A stretch of 43,257 nucleotides of DNA from an uncultured bacterium (GTDB lineage: Bacteria > JAGOEH01). The stretch lies in NCBI GenBank assembly GCA_964632485.1, contig CAZWDO010000027.1, positions 1-43,257 on the forward strand, in the 5' to 3' direction. The notes under the pieces were generated by a model, which saw only the letters and a program-made list of their open reading frames with translations, searched no databases and was not told the origin of the DNA. Positions within the stretch are counted from its first letter, which is position 1. Each line of letters begins with the position of its first letter. Position numbers and translations under genes: made by a program. Below, piece by piece: positions 41,064 through 43,257 of the stretch.

Positions 41064-41156
41064 TTTTATATAGTATTGGTTGAGTATCGATCATTAACAT
41101 GTTGAAAGGGTGGTGATTAATGAATGAACCGAAACAAACGAAACAATCAAAACATC
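40761..41156 (+). repeat. Three clusters of tandem 9-bp repeats, consensus CGAAACAAT
   Basis: 40761 cgaaacaaa-cgatacaat-cgaaccc; 40908 agaaacaat-cgaaataat-agaaataag; 41130 cgaaacaaa-cgaaacaat-caaaacatc. Confidence 0.65.
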
Positions 41157-43180
41157 AAAAGCAAATAACTTCAATTATTCAACAGCCATCTGGCAATGTA
41201 TCGTCGATCCCTTTCTTTATCAGTGATACGCCGCCTGTAGATTGTTGTTCATGCACATATTCCACCGCCAATCCGTTTTCATCCGACCATCGCACCGATT
41301 TATTGATAACCAGCCAAAAGAAGTCTTTCAAAGCCATCGATACCGACTCTCACATGATACCGGTACTGAAAGTTACAGATTGGGAACGATTCAACCAATA
41401 TATTGAAGATTACCTCAATATCGAGATTGTCGATGAAATCATCCTGCATGGTGTCGATTATGATTATTATTATCCCCTGGTGAAAATCTTGTTGACCCGA
41501 TACCTGAAGATTCCATATATCCTGCCGACCGAACGGCAGCTTCCCAAAATCCCCACCCACCTCGACCAGGAACTGATCCTGGGGGAAGCGATTCAATTTT
41601 TTCTCTATGAAGCCAGTCTTGATTTGAAGCTCGGTTCCTTGAAATACAAGCGTCGGGTTCAAGCCCTGATAAATTTGTATTTCATCGCTCCCGCCGATCA
41701 AATCGAAGGAAAAAAGAGCATTCTGAAATTCTTTGGCTTTTCTTCCGTAGAAGATTTCGAACTCTTTGCAGATTTGCGGGAACTGTCCCTCGCACGCGCC
41801 AACAAATCTGCCATAACTCAGACAATAGAAATTCGGAGCCTCAGCGAGGTGCTGGAGAGTATTGAAACGCCTCAGCAACTTCTGGACAAACTGTGGCAGG
41901 ATTTGGCTTTCAAGTATTACGGACGTCAAGACGAAAAGCTGATTTTATATCTGATCTGTTTTACGACCATCAATGCTCAATTGGACCGAAACTTCGGCAT
42001 ATTTCTCAGCGGGGACCCGGGAGTGGGGAAATCATCATTGGTGAAAACCGTGTTGAATCTGTTCCCGGATGATGTGATCCTGCCATACACCTATTTCAGC
42101 AAAAAATATTTCGCCTATCTGGCGGATGTCCTGGGTACCGATGAAATCCGCGGCAAGATAATTTTTTTGCATGAATTGAACGATATGGATAAAACCGGCA
42201 GCGATTTGTTGCGCGTGGCCATAACCGAAGGAGAAATTGAAATCGGCAGTGTGGAAACGGTATTCCAGCAGAAACGGGGGGTTCAACGCAAACTGACGTT
42301 CAAAAATTGCGTCTTTATCACCACGACGATCAAAAAGGGAATCGAAGCGCAATTGCAGGATCGGCTGCTGAAATTGGAATTGACGAATACGGATGAACTC
42401 ATCAAGAACGGTAGCAAGCATCGCTGGAACTTAATCTACAATCCCGAAACCCACACCGTCGATCAGAAATTCTGGCATGATTTTTATCGGTATTACCAGT
42501 TCCAGACCCACCCGTCGGTGCAGACCTCATCAGGGGAAACGCAGCCGCCAGCGCCTGCCAATCCGCTTGTTAAAAATGAAATCCATGCCGACAAAGCCGG
42601 AAATGAATGCGAGAACAAAGTAAATTTTCAATTCTTTCGCGAATTCATCGAATATTCCAGCGCGATTGATTCCCGGCTAATGGACAACATTCGGGTATTG
42701 ATGGAGAATTGGGTGCTGTTTACGAAACATTATCGGACGCCGGTCAATGGCCGATATGAGCTGACCTTGAATGACTATCAGTTTTTTACCCAATCGATAA
42801 TGTCATATTTTATCAAACCAAAGAAAGATATCGGAACAAACATGGCTAAAAACGAACTGATATACTATCATCTTCTAAATGGCAACAACAGTATGACTAA
42901 AATCAAGTTGAAAGAATTGACCCAGGCTTCAGAGCAATATATTCGGACAACGCTAAAAACATTGAAAAATGCAAACATAACAAATAATCCCCGAGCTAAT
43001 GATGCGCAAATTCAGGTGTTGGACCCATTGAAATTGAGAAAAAAACTGCCAATGATCGATCAGGGCCACCGCTTGGCCAACCCGCTGGAAATCGAGTCAG
43101 CCATCAAAGGTAAGACACCTCCCGTCATGGAATCTTATGCGAAACGAGACGATTCCGGTCAGATTCCCGAACCATCCTGA
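41120..43180 (+). CDS. AAA+/MCM-like P-loop ATPase, probable element replication helicase
   Basis: Walker A GDPGVGKS, Walker B IIFLHE, sensor-like FITTT, Arg-finger-like LQDR; AGGGTGGTG RBS. Confidence 0.7.
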   Translation: MNEPKQTKQSKHQKQITSIIQQPSGNVSSIPFFISDTPPVDCCSCTYSTANPFSSDHRTDLLITSQKKSFKAIDTDSHMIPVLKVTDWERFNQYIEDYLNIEIVDEIILHGVDYDYYYPLVKILLTRYLKIPYILPTERQLPKIPTHLDQELILGEAIQFFLYEASLDLKLGSLKYKRRVQALINLYFIAPADQIEGKKSILKFFGFSSVEDFELFADLRELSLARANKSAITQTIEIRSLSEVLESIETPQQLLDKLWQDLAFKYYGRQDEKLILYLICFTTINAQLDRNFGIFLSGDPGVGKSSLVKTVLNLFPDDVILPYTYFSKKYFAYLADVLGTDEIRGKIIFLHELNDMDKTGSDLLRVAITEGEIEIGSVETVFQQKRGVQRKLTFKNCVFITTTIKKGIEAQLQDRLLKLELTNTDELIKNGSKHRWNLIYNPETHTVDQKFWHDFYRYYQFQTHPSVQTSSGETQPPAPANPLVKNEIHADKAGNECENKVNFQFFREFIEYSSAIDSRLMDNIRVLMENWVLFTKHYRTPVNGRYELTLNDYQFFTQSIMSYFIKPKKDIGTNMAKNELIYYHLLNGNNSMTKIKLKELTQASEQYIRTTLKTLKNANITNNPRANDAQIQVLDPLKLRKKLPMIDQGHRLANPLEIESAIKGKTPPVMESYAKRDDSGQIPEPS

Positions 43181-43210
43181 TTTTAAATTCCCGCATTATA
43201 GCATAGAAAT

Positions 43211-43246
43211 GCCGGTAGCCCTTAATTGAGCTACCGGTTTTTTTTT
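43211..43246 (+). terminator. Rho-independent terminator
   Basis: GCCGGTAGC / GCTACCGGT stem followed by a long T run. Confidence 0.88.
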
Positions 43247-43257
43247 GTCCGCTTTTA

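Larger units (their letters stand above)
38140..43257. mobile_element. tRNA-Thr-integrated element (phage-satellite/IME-like), right end outside the window
   Basis: Integrase next to the tRNA 3' end, BRO-N gene, HTH excisionase-like gene, P-loop replication ATPase; second att copy not seen. Confidence 0.85.

Noticed and set aside
40761..41156. Repeats as a CRISPR array
   Set aside because: Units are 9 bp and tandem with no unique spacers; no cas genes present
41300..42421. Long antisense ORFs (209 and 128 aa) opposite the ATPase
   Set aside because: Codon-register shadows of the sense gene, with no motifs

Overview
Bacterial chromosomal window, moderately AT-rich, with sigma70-like promoters (TTGACN-16/17-TATATT type); the taxon cannot be assigned from the sequence alone. 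About 38 kb is core/metabolic DNA: a nupC-type transporter; obgE-SSS symporter-M48 peptidase-methyltransferase; a YgiQ radical SAM/GT4/TIM-barrel operon; a pseudo-receiver and a DUF4197 lipoprotein; a GH20-class III aminotransferase-LeuA/homocitrate-synthase-like-thiolase-PPIase operon; mutY with a near-intact Nudix box; an aspartate-pathway cluster joining the archaeal-type homocysteine route (DUF39-ferredoxin fusion plus UPF0280/COG2122 and its own aspartokinase) to thrA-asd-thrB-thrC; an L,D-transpeptidase-like protein; full-length Lhr; and a DEAD-box helicase. The last ~5 kb is the left part of an integrative element at tRNA-Thr(CGT): tyrosine integrase, BRO-N protein, excisionase-like HTH, a region of 9-bp iteron-like repeats, and an MCM-like AAA+ ATPase with no primase domain. 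The best novelty candidates are the two unexplained enzyme operons, the integrative element's replication module, and a recurring promoter-to-ATG spacing that implies leaderless transcripts. All calls come from motif recognition; no database searches were run.
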